Positions 25,012 to 37,161 of a stretch of 64,000 nt of DNA are shown in pieces (position 1 is the first letter of the stretch; every line of letters begins with the position of its first letter). The stretch is from Klebsormidium nitens. Lineage: Eukaryota; Plantae; Klebsormidiophyceae. The notes below the pieces were generated by a model. That model made no database searches, was not told the origin of the DNA, and saw only the letters and a list, made by a program, of their open reading frames with translations. Location: positions 1-64,000 of the forward strand of contig DF237355.1 of the NCBI GenBank assembly GCA_000708835.1, given 5' to 3'. The position numbers were made by a program, and so were the translations under genes.

Positions 25012-28000
25012 CTGACCAGAAGCAGATGGTGTTCATGTAAGCAGACCAGATTACTAGTCTTGGAAAAAAGTTGGTGGTAGTGTGGGCCTGCCGTACCGTC
25101 ACCGCGGGATAGAACGGCGTGTTTGCAAAGACAGAAGGTTCTGTGAAGGGTCTGCTCCACAATACAATGAACAGAGGCAAATTCCGATCATGCCCTTGAG
25201 CCCATGTTGGTGAAGAGTTTGATGATCAGTGAGGCCTTGCATGCAGTATGAGTATAGCAGGGGATTACTGTGGTGCATGTCACTTGTACAAAGCGTTTAC
25301 TTGGCTCCTAGGTAATTGAGAGAACGCCCCTTGAAAAAGTGCTCGATACTGTTAGGACTGTCTGAACACTTGCTGCAGCCGGAGTGCCTCAAGCCCCACT
25401 GCATTCTCCGCACTGAAGGATTAAGAATGTCGAATGTCAACCACTAAAGATTCAGTCGTTCTTAAGCGAAATTTTCAGGCACCCAGGCGGAGCGGGTTGA
25501 GTGTTTAGGTGCAAGCCTTCCGACTGCTTTAAGTGAAGCTCTTGAAATGGAGTTCGGATGCTTTCAATGCTCTAGAGTCTCATCGCTGCAAACCCTGCTA
25601 GCCCCGGATTGAAGAACCCAGATGACAATCAAACATATTTTAATGCTGCATGTGCAAACGCAAGGTATTTGCAAGCAATCGGTGGTGCGATTGCTCCCTC
25701 ATTCTCGTCCTAATGTCAAGTGGTGGTACAAAAAGTTTATTAGCGCTCAGATTGATTACGAAGAGGCGCTCCTCTGTTGGTTTGAGAGAAGCTACTCTGC
25801 TTTCCAGCAAAACCATGCCAATCTGCTTTATTTTGAGGCAGAGTCCTACCTGTTACCCTTTGCTCGCTGACCGATTGTCCCGTCCAATGCAAGCGTTTCA
25901 TAGCCCAGACGCAGAGGCCTGAAAGACGAATGTGACATCAGACGCCTGCTACGGCGCCACCCTACAGCAGAGTCTGCCCTTCCTCTTGTTCCCCAATTGC
26001 ATGGCACACCTTCCTTCAACTTTGCAAGATGCTTCCGATTTGTAAGCCCTTTGGAAGGGAGGGGTAGAAGAATAGGGTTTGCACGTTGCAATCCGTCTGT
26101 GCTGCTCCATGGCCAGTGCAAGCAGATGCGATGCTGGCTCCTCAACAAGGACTCCGCAGCCATGACATAGGTTCACGCTGCACCTGCTAGCTTTGCGACT
26201 CAGCTATGTTACCATGCCCTTCGATTGTTGATTCAATAGCTGTCAATGGCATAGAAATTAAAGGCCAGCCCCTCTGGACAGCTTATCTCTCAGTCCTTTC
26301 GTGATAGCATGAGGGCTAATCTGCCACACTGATTCAAGGAGACGCTATGGATGTTCATCTCAAAACAGATTGCTTATGAGCTGCGGTCTCTGCTAACTAT
26401 TGGCTGCGTCCGAAAAAGATGGCCGCAGGATGCCTTTCAAAAAATGTCTTATCCTCCGGTTAGCTCTATAAAACCGATTTGCTGCCGTAGCTGCCCTCCA
26501 ATGCAGGTCCTCCAAACCAATTGCCCGCAAGTTCCCAAGGCACCTGAGTTACGTACAGGGGGACATACAACGCTACACAGCCTACAGCCTGCAGGAACTT
26601 AATTAAAGCCTTTCCTTTCCTTCCCTCACCACATGAGCCATGAATTCTCATGAGAAGCAAACAGCCATGCAAGTTTGCGTTCAAGTAGGATAGAACCGGG
26701 CTTCCACTCCGCTTAACCGCGCCGGCAGTTCTCAAGGATTCTAAAACAGGTTTTGACTGTGGTAAAGGTGCAGGGGGTTTGCGGTAAAGGTTGAACACTC
26801 TTAGACGTGCTGGCCGCTGCTCAGGCGCGCGGGCCGCCACAGAGTCATGTTTCAGTGGGTGACGAGTCAGTTCATAATAATAATATATAATTGCATTTAT
26901 AAATTTGCAAGCTCAGCGTTACTTGCATTACGTGCGTGCGCTTGGGCCCACCGCACGCGCGGTACTTGCCCCGGGGCGCCGCTGGGCCGCAGGCGGCCCG
27001 GGCCTGTTGCGCCGTCGCGGAGCAACCCCGGGGGCCAGTACGTGCCCCGGCCGCTGTTCGATACGGCGACATACCATCGAAAATAAATGATCACTTTTGA
27101 CGTATACAATATTAGGTGTTCACAAATCTGCGCCGCCGCGCGGGGGCGGCAGCCAGTCACGGTGGCAGCGGCAGCTACTACTGGTAGCCTAGACTCAGCT
27201 AGCTATTATTGGGCCTGGTCTACAGGGTGTGGCAAATTTTCAGCCTTCACGGTAGGGTTTACCTATCGTCGAACTCGAGCAATCGTTGCAGACTGCCGCA
27301 GCCCACAAGCGCGGCCAGCGGCGTCGTACTGTGTCGCCCAAACCGCGGCTGGGCCTAAACCTAAAACTGGCAAGCCAATAGGTATGCTGCATGCATAATG
27401 CAGCATCCTCGGACCTAGCTGACTTTCTGACGCCATCCTGAAGGCATCGAGCAGGTTCAGACTATATACCGGTTGTATCTAGTACAGCATTATGCTATAT
27501 ACTACTAGCAAACTGGCACCATTGGCATAAGGGCAGTACAGCAGCAAGTTGAACAGGCGGACAAACCACCAAAGACAATGTACAAGGACAGACTGGAACA
27601 AAGTTGAAGGCCAGCAATCTTTCGTGCTTGGCCGAGATCTATGTGCTCGAGTTGCCAGCATTGCTCACTCAGCACTGCGGAAGGGCAGCATTAGATGAGA
27701 TCTACCAACAAGCAACACCGATCTCCGGAGTGGCAGCAGGCAATGCCTGCCTCCTGGGTGCAGTCGGGCGTTGACCTGTTTTGCTAGCAGATCTCATTGA
27801 CAAGCTGGACAGGTGGGGATCATGTACTGCATTCTGAATTTATAAGTGGATTATCCTGTAAGATCTGCATCAGCAACATTGCGCGGGCGCAAAAAATTGT
27901 TTGAAAAAGACAGCCAGTAGGTAACGTTGCTTAGCACATCAGAATGCGCACGAGTGGTTGGTCCAACAGAGAGCAGGCGTTGAATGCAACATGTCATGAC

Positions 28001-28227
28001 TTGTCAGATCTAGTGACTAGTTGCAGCAGAGTTGCAGCAGAGTCTGTTTTCCAAGGCGAGCGCAGGATCAGCAACCTAGCTCATGATGATGTACTACTCA
28101 ATGACAACCCATCACTCCTCATCAAGCAGCCTGTTTTCTGGGGCAAAACAGATGTCAAGAGCGTCCAAACATACCTTCAGTTTGCTCATGTGCTTTCTCT
28201 TGTCCTAGTAACATTTGATTCGTTGTG

Positions 28228-30669
28228 ATGAAAGGCAGCATTGTACAGAGCCTGAGTGTTCCAGCTATTCCTGTTGAGGAAAACTCTCATACACCATCTA
28301 TGCTCAAGCTCTTCTCGAATGGCAGCTCGCAGCTGGCCGGGGGGGATCAGGGAGGCTCCATGGAGTCCCTGTTGAGGGCCAAAAGCTTCTGGAAGCAGCT
28401 CACACTTGTGATTGCTATGTTTGCGATCGGACCTGCACTGGTTTACAACCACCGTCTTCTCAGGTACTGGCCCTCTCACTCATCTGGAGGGCAAGAAGCG
28501 TAGCCAGCGTTGGACAGAAACAAGCAGTCTGTTTGAAATGCTTGGTGCATTGTCTTGGAAGGATGTAGTGGTTCCAGCTCAGGCTGCTGGTGCCTTTAAT
28601 TTATGTTTGTCAAGATGTTTTGCACGTCAGTAGATAGGCTCGAAAGTGAGGCCCTCAAGAGCACGCATGTCGATTGGATGCACCTGAATCATAATTCACG
28701 TCACAATTTGCTTCATCTTTGGTCATATATATCACTCTGCTTTTGCAGAATCCAACTGCTAGAGCTTCACCAGCTCACGCTACCTGTAAGTCAAAGCCTG
28801 AAGCAAAACCATATGGTAAGCAATAGCCAGCCCTTTCTCACTTCCGTGAAATAAGTTGACTCCGGTTGGAAACCAGTCTGGATAAGTTGTTCCATGCTGG
28901 TTTGAACAACCACTGAGCAATCATTGGTGCATTAAGAGCAAACCTACCTTGCTTGTCCCTGCTAGCCCTCAGTGGTGGGAGACTTCTCAATTGCTCCTTG
29001 AATAACTCAAAGTGCCTGGCAAAATCCACAATCGGTCTGCTATACCTCATTTCCAGCGCAACTATCGAGCACCCTTAGAATTGGACGAGCCCCAATGTAC
29101 CACCCAAAGATGACACCTTTCTGGATGTAAGGTCTAGTCAGAGCCCCCCACCGTCTTTGGCAAACGTTCTGATCATCCCTTGACCAACATCTGTTCGTGC
29201 ATACATGCAGGTTGCTCATGAGTCAAAGTGGGACTCGAGAGTTGTCATTGTCCCAGCTGTATACCGTGACTGGCAGTGGGGCGAATGGCCCTCTTGGACT
29301 GCAAACCGGAGCATACATCTGTACCAGCGCACAACCCCCTGGGCACCACAGTACTGCCAGAACACTGGCATGGAGGCAGGCGTCTTCCTCAAGTTCATCG
29401 TCGACCACTACGAGGATCTTCCTGAGCAGACCGTCTTTGTCCATGCTGAGTAAGTCTCCACTCTTTTGAAGTGGCTTGAGCATCTTCGACCATGAAGTTT
29501 GCATGCACCGCAATCGAGGCTCATCCTTCCTTGAAACCTCTTTCGACTTGAACAAGAATGTGGTTTGAGCACAAACCTACAAGCAGTCAACCTGTGCAAT
29601 GCTTCCATCAACCCATCGAGATCAAGCACCGTAGATCATCTCTTGTGTTTGTTTGTAATCATTTACCAAGCATGCTATATCAGCCGTCTGGCGACTTCCT
29701 TTCGGTTGTCCAATGATTGTCCAAACCCTCGAACGGGTGTCCAAAACGCCGGCAGTCTGGCGGTGACTCTGCTTAGAGTCCATGTCCAGACTCCGTCCAG
29801 AAGTTGTCCAACAGTGTCCAAAGCCCGTCCAGACCTCAAGAAGGTTTGGACAGGCTTTAGACACATATTAGACAAAGTGCTTTCTCACAGTGGTCGCTCC
29901 GGGACGGAGTCACATGACGTGGTGGCAAAGTGCATAATTTCTAGCCCTCGCATCGGTAAGCTCAGTTCGTGCTCAAAAACGGATGTAGCATATGCGTTGA
30001 AGATTAGAGCTTGCTTGACTCGCGTCACTGACCGCTTCTTTCTTTTGCAGCCCTGCAAAACACAATGCTGACATTCTCACGTGGATCGACTGCTTGAGCC
30101 CTATTGGCCTATCGTAGACAAGTCTCAATACCAAGTGGATCCCGGAGAGGCGGATCGGCGACTGGACCACGTGGCCCTACCACCCGGGAGTCGCCGGGCA
30201 GCTTCCTCGCCTCGAGCAGTGCTGGCGAGACGTCGCAAACATTTTTGAGAAACCATTAACGGCCGAACCTGCGCAAGAGCTAGTAGTGAGCTTCTATTGC
30301 TGCCTGCAATTCGCCGCAAGTAGAGATGTGTTGCGCCGCTACCCTTTGGAAATGTGGACACGGGCTTATCAGCTCCTAGGTCTCGATCAAAGATGTGTAG
30401 AAGGGCCGATAGATGCAGGGAGCAATTGGGCCCTAGCTTCAGGTCTGCCTGACGAGGAGCCTCCGCGAGACTGGTTCTCTGGGAGTTGGGAGAGCAAGCT
30501 CATACAAGGTATGGCTCTGGAGCACGTCATCTCCGTGTTGTTGAACGACGAGCCGCTCAACAGTACTCCATACACGCAAGAACATTATTGCAAGAATTTT
30601 TTGCACACGTCCGTATGTCCCGGCAGCCCCTGTGGAAACGAGGTCCCCATCAGGCTGACTGGATTTTAG
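28228..30669 (+). CDS. DUF3431-family type II membrane protein, carrying an in-frame TAG (possible pseudogene)
   Basis: TM anchor QLTLVIAMFAIGPALVY. Exon 29211-29449 gives NTGMEAGVFLKFIVDHYEDLPEQTVFVHA. Exon 30051-30669 gives SFYCCLQFAASRDVLRRYPLEMW and ALEHVISVLL. TAG at 30115-30117 interrupts the frame. Confidence 0.75.
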
Positions 30670-31888
30670 GACTCTAGCCTAGGGATTGCGAGATCAGACT
30701 TTGTGAGAGCAAGACGCGTATCAGCTTCAATTAATTTGCGCCCCATGCAGTGGGAGAGGGGCGTGCACGGACAGGCAGCTAGGAGAGATCAGTACAATCG
30801 TGTATTGAGAATAGAAAAAGCTCGATTCTCCCTGATCAGAAGTGCAACCGGTCGAAGTCACTAAAGTCACGGTGCAGCTAAGTACTCCAGTCGAGAGTGC
30901 GCTAACCGTAGGGATCTAGGCGTTCCGGGAATAGCATAGGGATTTTGTCTTCCGATGAGAGTACATTGAAATCCCTCTTAAAATTGATTGTAGACAAGGA
31001 AAATAGACTCTGCTTAATATTAGTTTCATCATGTAGGTGTATCGGTATGTTCAATGCAGGTGTTCGTCGTGAAGACGTTTGATTGATCATTGCTACGTAC
31101 GTACTGCATGTACGTACGCGCGAAAGAGCTCTTCAGCTCTTGCCGCCGACCCGGTGTGAGCAATCGTGCGCGGGGCGGCCGCCCTGATCAAAGACACATG
31201 CAGCGCTGCAACGTGTTTTGCAACAGCTCCTGGCCGCACATGCGCGCGAGAACCTCTCGATTCAAACTGGCGCATGTTGAGCTTGTCCCACATCGACATA
31301 TATTGCAATCCATTATCGTATATCGACTGGCTGATTGCAAATCAAGCACGCCAGCTTGAAGATTGTGACGACGTTGCAATCTGACTTCAAGTCGACTCTG
31401 TACGTTATAGCAAATGGAGCATCTTTACGCAAATAGGTACGGTATCATGTATACATATGTACGAGAGCTATCATGTATATAGGACCTACATATATGAGAG
31501 TATACATGTTCAGATTCCTGATCCCGCGCGATGCACGCAACTTCAGGACCGTCCGGCCGTTCCCAATTTTAGGACTTGGAACATGATTCACAGCCGTAGG
31601 CCTTGCCTCTCAAAGCAAATATTTAGCCTATGCGCACGCAAAGCCAGCCTAGTTAGCTCCTTCCGAAGCAAGACTTCCGCCCTTCCGTGCTTGCTTTCAA
31701 GGTCCGATTGCTATGTATATATGATGCTACACTTACGCACTTCTTGTCATGTAAAAAGCTCGTGTACAAATCTGCAAGGCTTCCGTAAAATAGCCACGGA
31801 CGTTGGCTGATTATGTACAGTTCCAGTTGGATAGAGCCAATCGATGGTCTCAACATAGATCCGAGACTGCTATGCAAACGGTTCCGTA

Positions 31889-34800
31889 TCACATGACGGA
31901 GCACTTGTCATCCTTTGACTTCGAGTCCTTCGACTTCCCACTCTTGCCTGTTGCGCTGCTGGAACTTGACTGCTGCAAGAAAGCGAATCAAGAAAACTAT
32001 ATTAGACGCTGTTTGTGATTTGTCGTATTCTTGTTGTCTTAGCTGAGGCGTCTTATTCTCTCCGCTCCACATCTCAGTGAGAACGATTGGCAGATTAATG
32101 GTCTCATAGCGTCTTGCCAACAACAGAGGCTGAACAAGTATTCTCAGTTGTTAAGATGGATATGGTAAGTGCTTTCGACGCCAGCACATATGGGTCATAG
32201 CGCGCAGATGATACATACGCAACGAGAAGGGTTGCAGACTCCGGAGACAAGAGCTCCACGAACTCGACATATGACCACCAGAGAGAATTCCCCTCCTCCG
32301 CATCACTAGCTGCACTTCAGAAACAATTGCATCACGCCCACATAGCCTGTATAATCATGCAACGAATCAGCTCGGCAACCAGACGCAAATGAGGATTCAC
32401 TGGAGGAACTCCTCCAGTCGAGAATGGAAACAAGACTCTTACTTTTGCTCTCCTCCCAGATACTGGCTGCGGTTCAGGCGGCCGTTGCATCGCCTCCTGT
32501 TGCCGCCTCCGCTCTGCCGCCTCCGCCTGTTGAGGGATTGAGTTAGCAGGAAGAGTTGAACAAATGATAAATGACCAGGCGATGCCCAGCAAGCATGAAA
32601 GTGGTGCAAGAAGAACGTGGATATCGAGTTGCCGTGTTGGAAGCCCCCCCCCCTTTCGGTACCCCCCGTATGAACGGCAGACTTTGAGCTTTTCTTAGAT
32701 CTGAAGTATTGATGTGGGGGGTATCCAGTGGACGCGAGGTTCAGGTCAAACTACTTGAGATCCTTGTTTCTCCTTCCATAGGCTCGGACACTTGCCGCAA
32801 GGCAAAGCCGCTGTGACAAGACTTCGTTTGAGCCATCAAGGGCAATCAACTAATGCACGCAACGCAGCTGCCGAGTCCCGCAACACGAAAGTCCGACACG
32901 TTCTTACAAAGCAAACGAGAGAAGTGTGGGTGACTCCTCCTTACCAGCTGCGCTTCCTGGGCCGCTAGCATATCCGACTCCTCCTGTTGCAGCGCCAAAG
33001 CGTATTGCAGATCGGCGTCTACGGGGGGGTGGTTTCGGGCGCCATCGGACGGGGCCTGGTAGTCGTCCGGCGGGCGGTACAGCTGGAAGGCCCCGGTGAC
33101 GAAGGTGGTGTCGCCATCAACCTGTAGGAAACGTGTCCATGGGCGATTAGGAGGGGTCTGCCCCACGTGGCTTGCGGCAGATCCCAGATTGCGACTGCCC
33201 GCTGCTGCGATCGGAACCGCGTGGCTTCTGTGAGCGACTACAAAAGCCTGGATTTCCGCTTGCCCTGTCTGGCTCGAGCACAGGAAACACCCCCGAGGAT
33301 CAGAAACAAGCACTAAGGTGGAAACAACGGTTGCTTTGCGGATATGAAAACAAGTTTCAAAAGAAGAGAGTACAAACTCACCCCGCTCAGTTTCTCCCAG
33401 ACGAGGCCCGATTGATGCAGGTAGCCCTGGTCGGTGGCGAGCAGGTACAGCTGGCCGTCGTAGCGGAACATGGTGTTGAAGTGGTTGTTGCGGAAGAACA
33501 CGCACAGCTCTCGCTCCTGCAATTGGGCGAGTGACACGTGTCAGAACAGGGCGCCTCAATCAACCGGGCATATTTGACACTTCGGCCGAGTCCTGTCAGA
33601 TTCAGGAAGAAGCTGCTGAAGAAGAAAACGACGGTGGCAAAAAGGCAATCGCGACCCGTTCTCACTACCAACTTATGAGGCATCTGGACGAGAATGAACC
33701 GCGGATGCCAAAACGAGGCCTCTCAAGAGACATGACAGAAGTGTGCGAGTGCGAGACTTGACTGACGAACGAGAATCATTAATCAGCTTCAGAAGGGTAA
33801 TCTTATCCTGGAACGGTCGAACTCCTGAGAGCAATCGCAGAGCGAGCCACCTCGACTTCAGCTCCGGAAAAAGAAGGAAGGCAAATTTTGGCCGGCTGAC
33901 TCGAACAATACTTCTAACTTATTATCGTCTATTTTTCCGCATTGCACTTCCACTAGTTCGACAAACGCCTCACGCGCTCAGATCAGCTGTCCGAATTCAA
34001 GTGAAAGGCGGTGAAAGTCACAAACGCCGAGGAGTCACCTTTATCCCCTCGTGCAATTTGACCAGCCCGTGATACGTCAGCTGGCTGGCCGTCGACTCCA
34101 GAAACGCCTGGATCGCACGCCCCTCCCGCGCTTTCCTCCGCGTCTCCTCCGAATCAGACGCCTCGGCGCCCCCGCTACTGCCAGTCCCGCCCCCTTCTGC
34201 GGACGTGCTCGCCTCCTCTCCAGAGGCTTTGTTTGCGACTTCCGCTTCTGGCTTGCTATCCTGATCACCACTCGGCTCCAGTTCTTTGCTTTTCTCGCCA
34301 CCAGGAACTGTCACCACCAAAGACTCTGGTGTTGCGCTGGGCGTCTTTATGCCCCCCCCACGGACCGAGTCTGCAGCGGTCTCGCTAGCTGCCAGGATCC
34401 CACCGACCGACGACCCCCTTTCTACGTCAATTGACCCTTCGGATCCCCTTCCAGTTTCCGCCGTTTCAGCCGCTCCCACGACCGCTGCTCCACTCCCCAA
34501 GCCACCAGAGTTTTCCGCTGTATCAACCACTTCTGAAGCAGCAACCGCTGTTTCTTCCCCCATCTCCGCCGCCGCCTTTTCGTATTCTGTCAAATCCGGA
34601 TGCGTTACCCGAACAAACCCGTCCTCGTCCGACTCCGTTTCCTTTCCGGGGGGTGGATCGGCACTCTCGGCTGCACCCCCCAGCGAGAGTTGGATCGCAG
34701 CAGCAAGCGCGGCCGCCTCTTCCTCCCCTCCTTTACCCTGGATCTGCTCCCTTTTGTCCACAGTGAGCTGCGAGTCTGCCCCAGCGGCAGACTTATCTTC

Positions 34801-36551
34801 CGATTTTCCTACTATTTCGGTTTCCTTCACGCCCTGCAAATCATGCCCGGCTGCTTGGCTTGATCGAGGGCCTGGCTGCGCGGTTTCTCTGCTCGCTGTG
34901 CTTCCCGCGGAATACCCGCTTGCCCCATGCACGCTGCCGAGAGCCATGGCGCTGAGAGAGCTTGCCAGCTCTGCAGCCAGATCTTTCTCCTTGGACGACC
35001 CCTCGTTTCTGCTGACGGCCGGCTTGGAAAGGTCTTTGCCAGACCGGGAGCGCAGGGAGTCGATGCGCGTGAGGTCGAGATCGACGCCGGAGCACTGCAA
35101 GTCCACCAGCTTTTCGACCAGGTTGTTGTAAGAGGATGCACCGATTGCTGCGGCCGCTTCTTTATCCTGCAGTCAACCAGGTACTAGGATATTCAAGACC
35201 AAGCTGCGTTATGTTTGCGACCTTCTCTACATTGTTGAAGGGGTACAAACTGCGGCTGCGGCCACTGCGTTAAGCTGAAGAAGAAGCAGACCAGTAGAAC
35301 CACTAGAGCAAAGGTATGGGAGCTCGATGGAGAAAGCTTAGGTCGGAAAAGCTTAGTACAGTAATGCAAGTGGCTCTAGCTGAGCAAGTAAGAACAGGGT
35401 GTCTCTCAATTGCCGGGCTCGTCTTCTCATCCTGCTTCTGTTGCAGACCCTGGTGTTAACCAGATGAAGTAATCCAAGTAACAAACAGACTTTGACATTG
35501 TGGCATGCCAATGGCTAGGTGTCTCGATACCATCGTGCTTTTGACTTCAACGGCTTTTGCACAGAAAGGTTTGCCTCCCATGAAATGGGGAACCTTGATT
35601 TTGACCTGGTTTTCTGCTTTTGTCCAAAAATGGGAGCAAAGAGAACCCGTTGAATCTGCCAAGCTCCCAACAACTTGCAAAGCATCTTTATCTTGCCAGC
35701 GGGTTTGGGACCCTACAAGGAGGCATTGTTGGGAACTAGAAATGAAAAATTTTCATGTGCTCTGATTGGAGACGAAACATGATGCGCTGAAAATGCCCAC
35801 AGTCATTGAACACTTGTTCTGAATTGAGATGCTGATCAAGCAGGGCCAGTCCGCAGCCAGGCTATTGCAACATTGTCTGCCAATGTGCACTTCACTTGGT
35901 TCAAAAGAATGGGATGTTGGATGCAACCAACAAAATTGCTCTGCAAAACAGTCCTGTTTCAGAATCACAGCCCCCCTGATTCACAAGACAAGTAGGGTAG
36001 GACAAGATCCCAAAGCAAAGCATATCTGAAGCACGAAGCGTAGAGAACCAATGCATTGAGAAGGCTAGAAGATGGAAGTGGAAGAATGAGAAGCTTACCT
36101 GAGGATCGACGAGCCAGCCGTGGACCAAGCTGATGTCAAGCAGATCAAAAATTGCGCACTCCGAGGTGAACTCAAAATCAACGACGCTTCTGAAACGCAC
36201 GTTCACATCAATCCCCGTCGCCAGTTTCGGAAGCAGCGCAATGGCATCACTAATGTTCTGCTGCTGATTGCTGACATAAGCCGCATCTTTTCCGCTGACG
36301 TTCAAATTAGTATCAAGGAGCCTCTCGGCCACTAGTGACATCAGCCGACTCTCAGATATCTCTCCCGCATCCTGGTGCAGCTGCAATTGATTCCGGAGGA
36401 GCAGGACGTTGGCGATTGCCAAAAGGGGGCACGGCCCGTTCTTGTTCTGTACGATGACGGGGACCTCCCTTCTAAAAAAATGGACCCTCTTGATGAGATA
36501 GCTGAGCTCTAATCCAAGGCTGCCAGCTGCTCCTGTCGCCTGCGCCGCCAT
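31889..36551 (-). CDS. MINDY1: MINDY-1/2 family K48 deubiquitinase (DUF544)
   Basis: Motifs QNKNGPCPLLAIANVLLL, LATGIDVNVRF, FDLLDISLVHGWLVDPQ, SYNNLVEKL, FLESTASQLTYHGL, CVFFRNNHFNTM, LYLLATDQGY and DLQYALALQQEE. Last exon 31972-31889 ends in the CaaX motif CSVM. Confidence 0.95.
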
Positions 36552-37161
36552 GGCAAACTGCACTTTGTGGCCTACTGCGCCAGGCTAACTGTCAGTGTCA
36601 GGGCCCAGGCTCCCCCACTCGCCAGCTATTGAAAGCTCCCCAATTGGGTTCAATTGGCGCCTTGAATGTGCAACCTGACACTGACATAAATTCCTGGGCA
36701 AACGAAACCATGAAGTCAAGCGCAAGAGAATCTCAAAGCCGTGTTTCTCTATACGCCGGACAGGCTGATGATACGCGATAATATTATATCAAACGCTATG
36801 GGGCATGATAATTAGGGTTCCGCCAAGCAGCTCCGCTGCACCTCCAGGTGGTGCTAGAGCCATATGTGCTCATGCAGGGCAACTGCTCAGCTGCGCATTC
36901 CTGATGCTTGGCGAGACGTTCTCTTGACGCCCTGGGCGGCAAGAGAAGGAGCTGACACGACATTGTTATGCTTAGTCTCCCTGGATTGTGAATAGGGTAG
37001 GATGGCCCTCTTGGGAGAAGCGAGTTAGGAGGATGCAGGCCTTTCTTTGCTGAAGTGAGAGTCTGAATCGTGGTCTGCGAAAATAATGCAGCTTCGATTT
37101 TGGAGGCCAAGTTCTTCGCTTCGGCCTTTAGAATGACCGAAAGACCAGACCACACTCTGAG

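Noticed and set aside
25622-26840. ORFs 25622-25870, 25949-26176 and 26466-26840 as the 5' exons of the NUMOD3 gene or a separate gene
   Set aside because: The candidate donor at 25960 is weak and phase 0, whereas phase 2 is needed. No homology recognised.
12900-27900. Recurring GCGCAAAA(A/T)TT motif near 12910 and 27885 as a promoter or E2F-like site
   Set aside because: Too few occurrences, it does not match the E2F consensus TTTSSCGC, and a similar copy lies in an intron (50897).
31095-31120. CGTACGTAC-TGCAT-GTACGTACG hairpin as a Helitron 3' end
   Set aside because: No CTRR terminus at the expected distance and no 5' TC partner identified.
34286-35131. 281-aa plus-strand Ser/Ala/Pro-rich ORF
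   Set aside because: It is the antisense shadow of the low-complexity MINDY exon.
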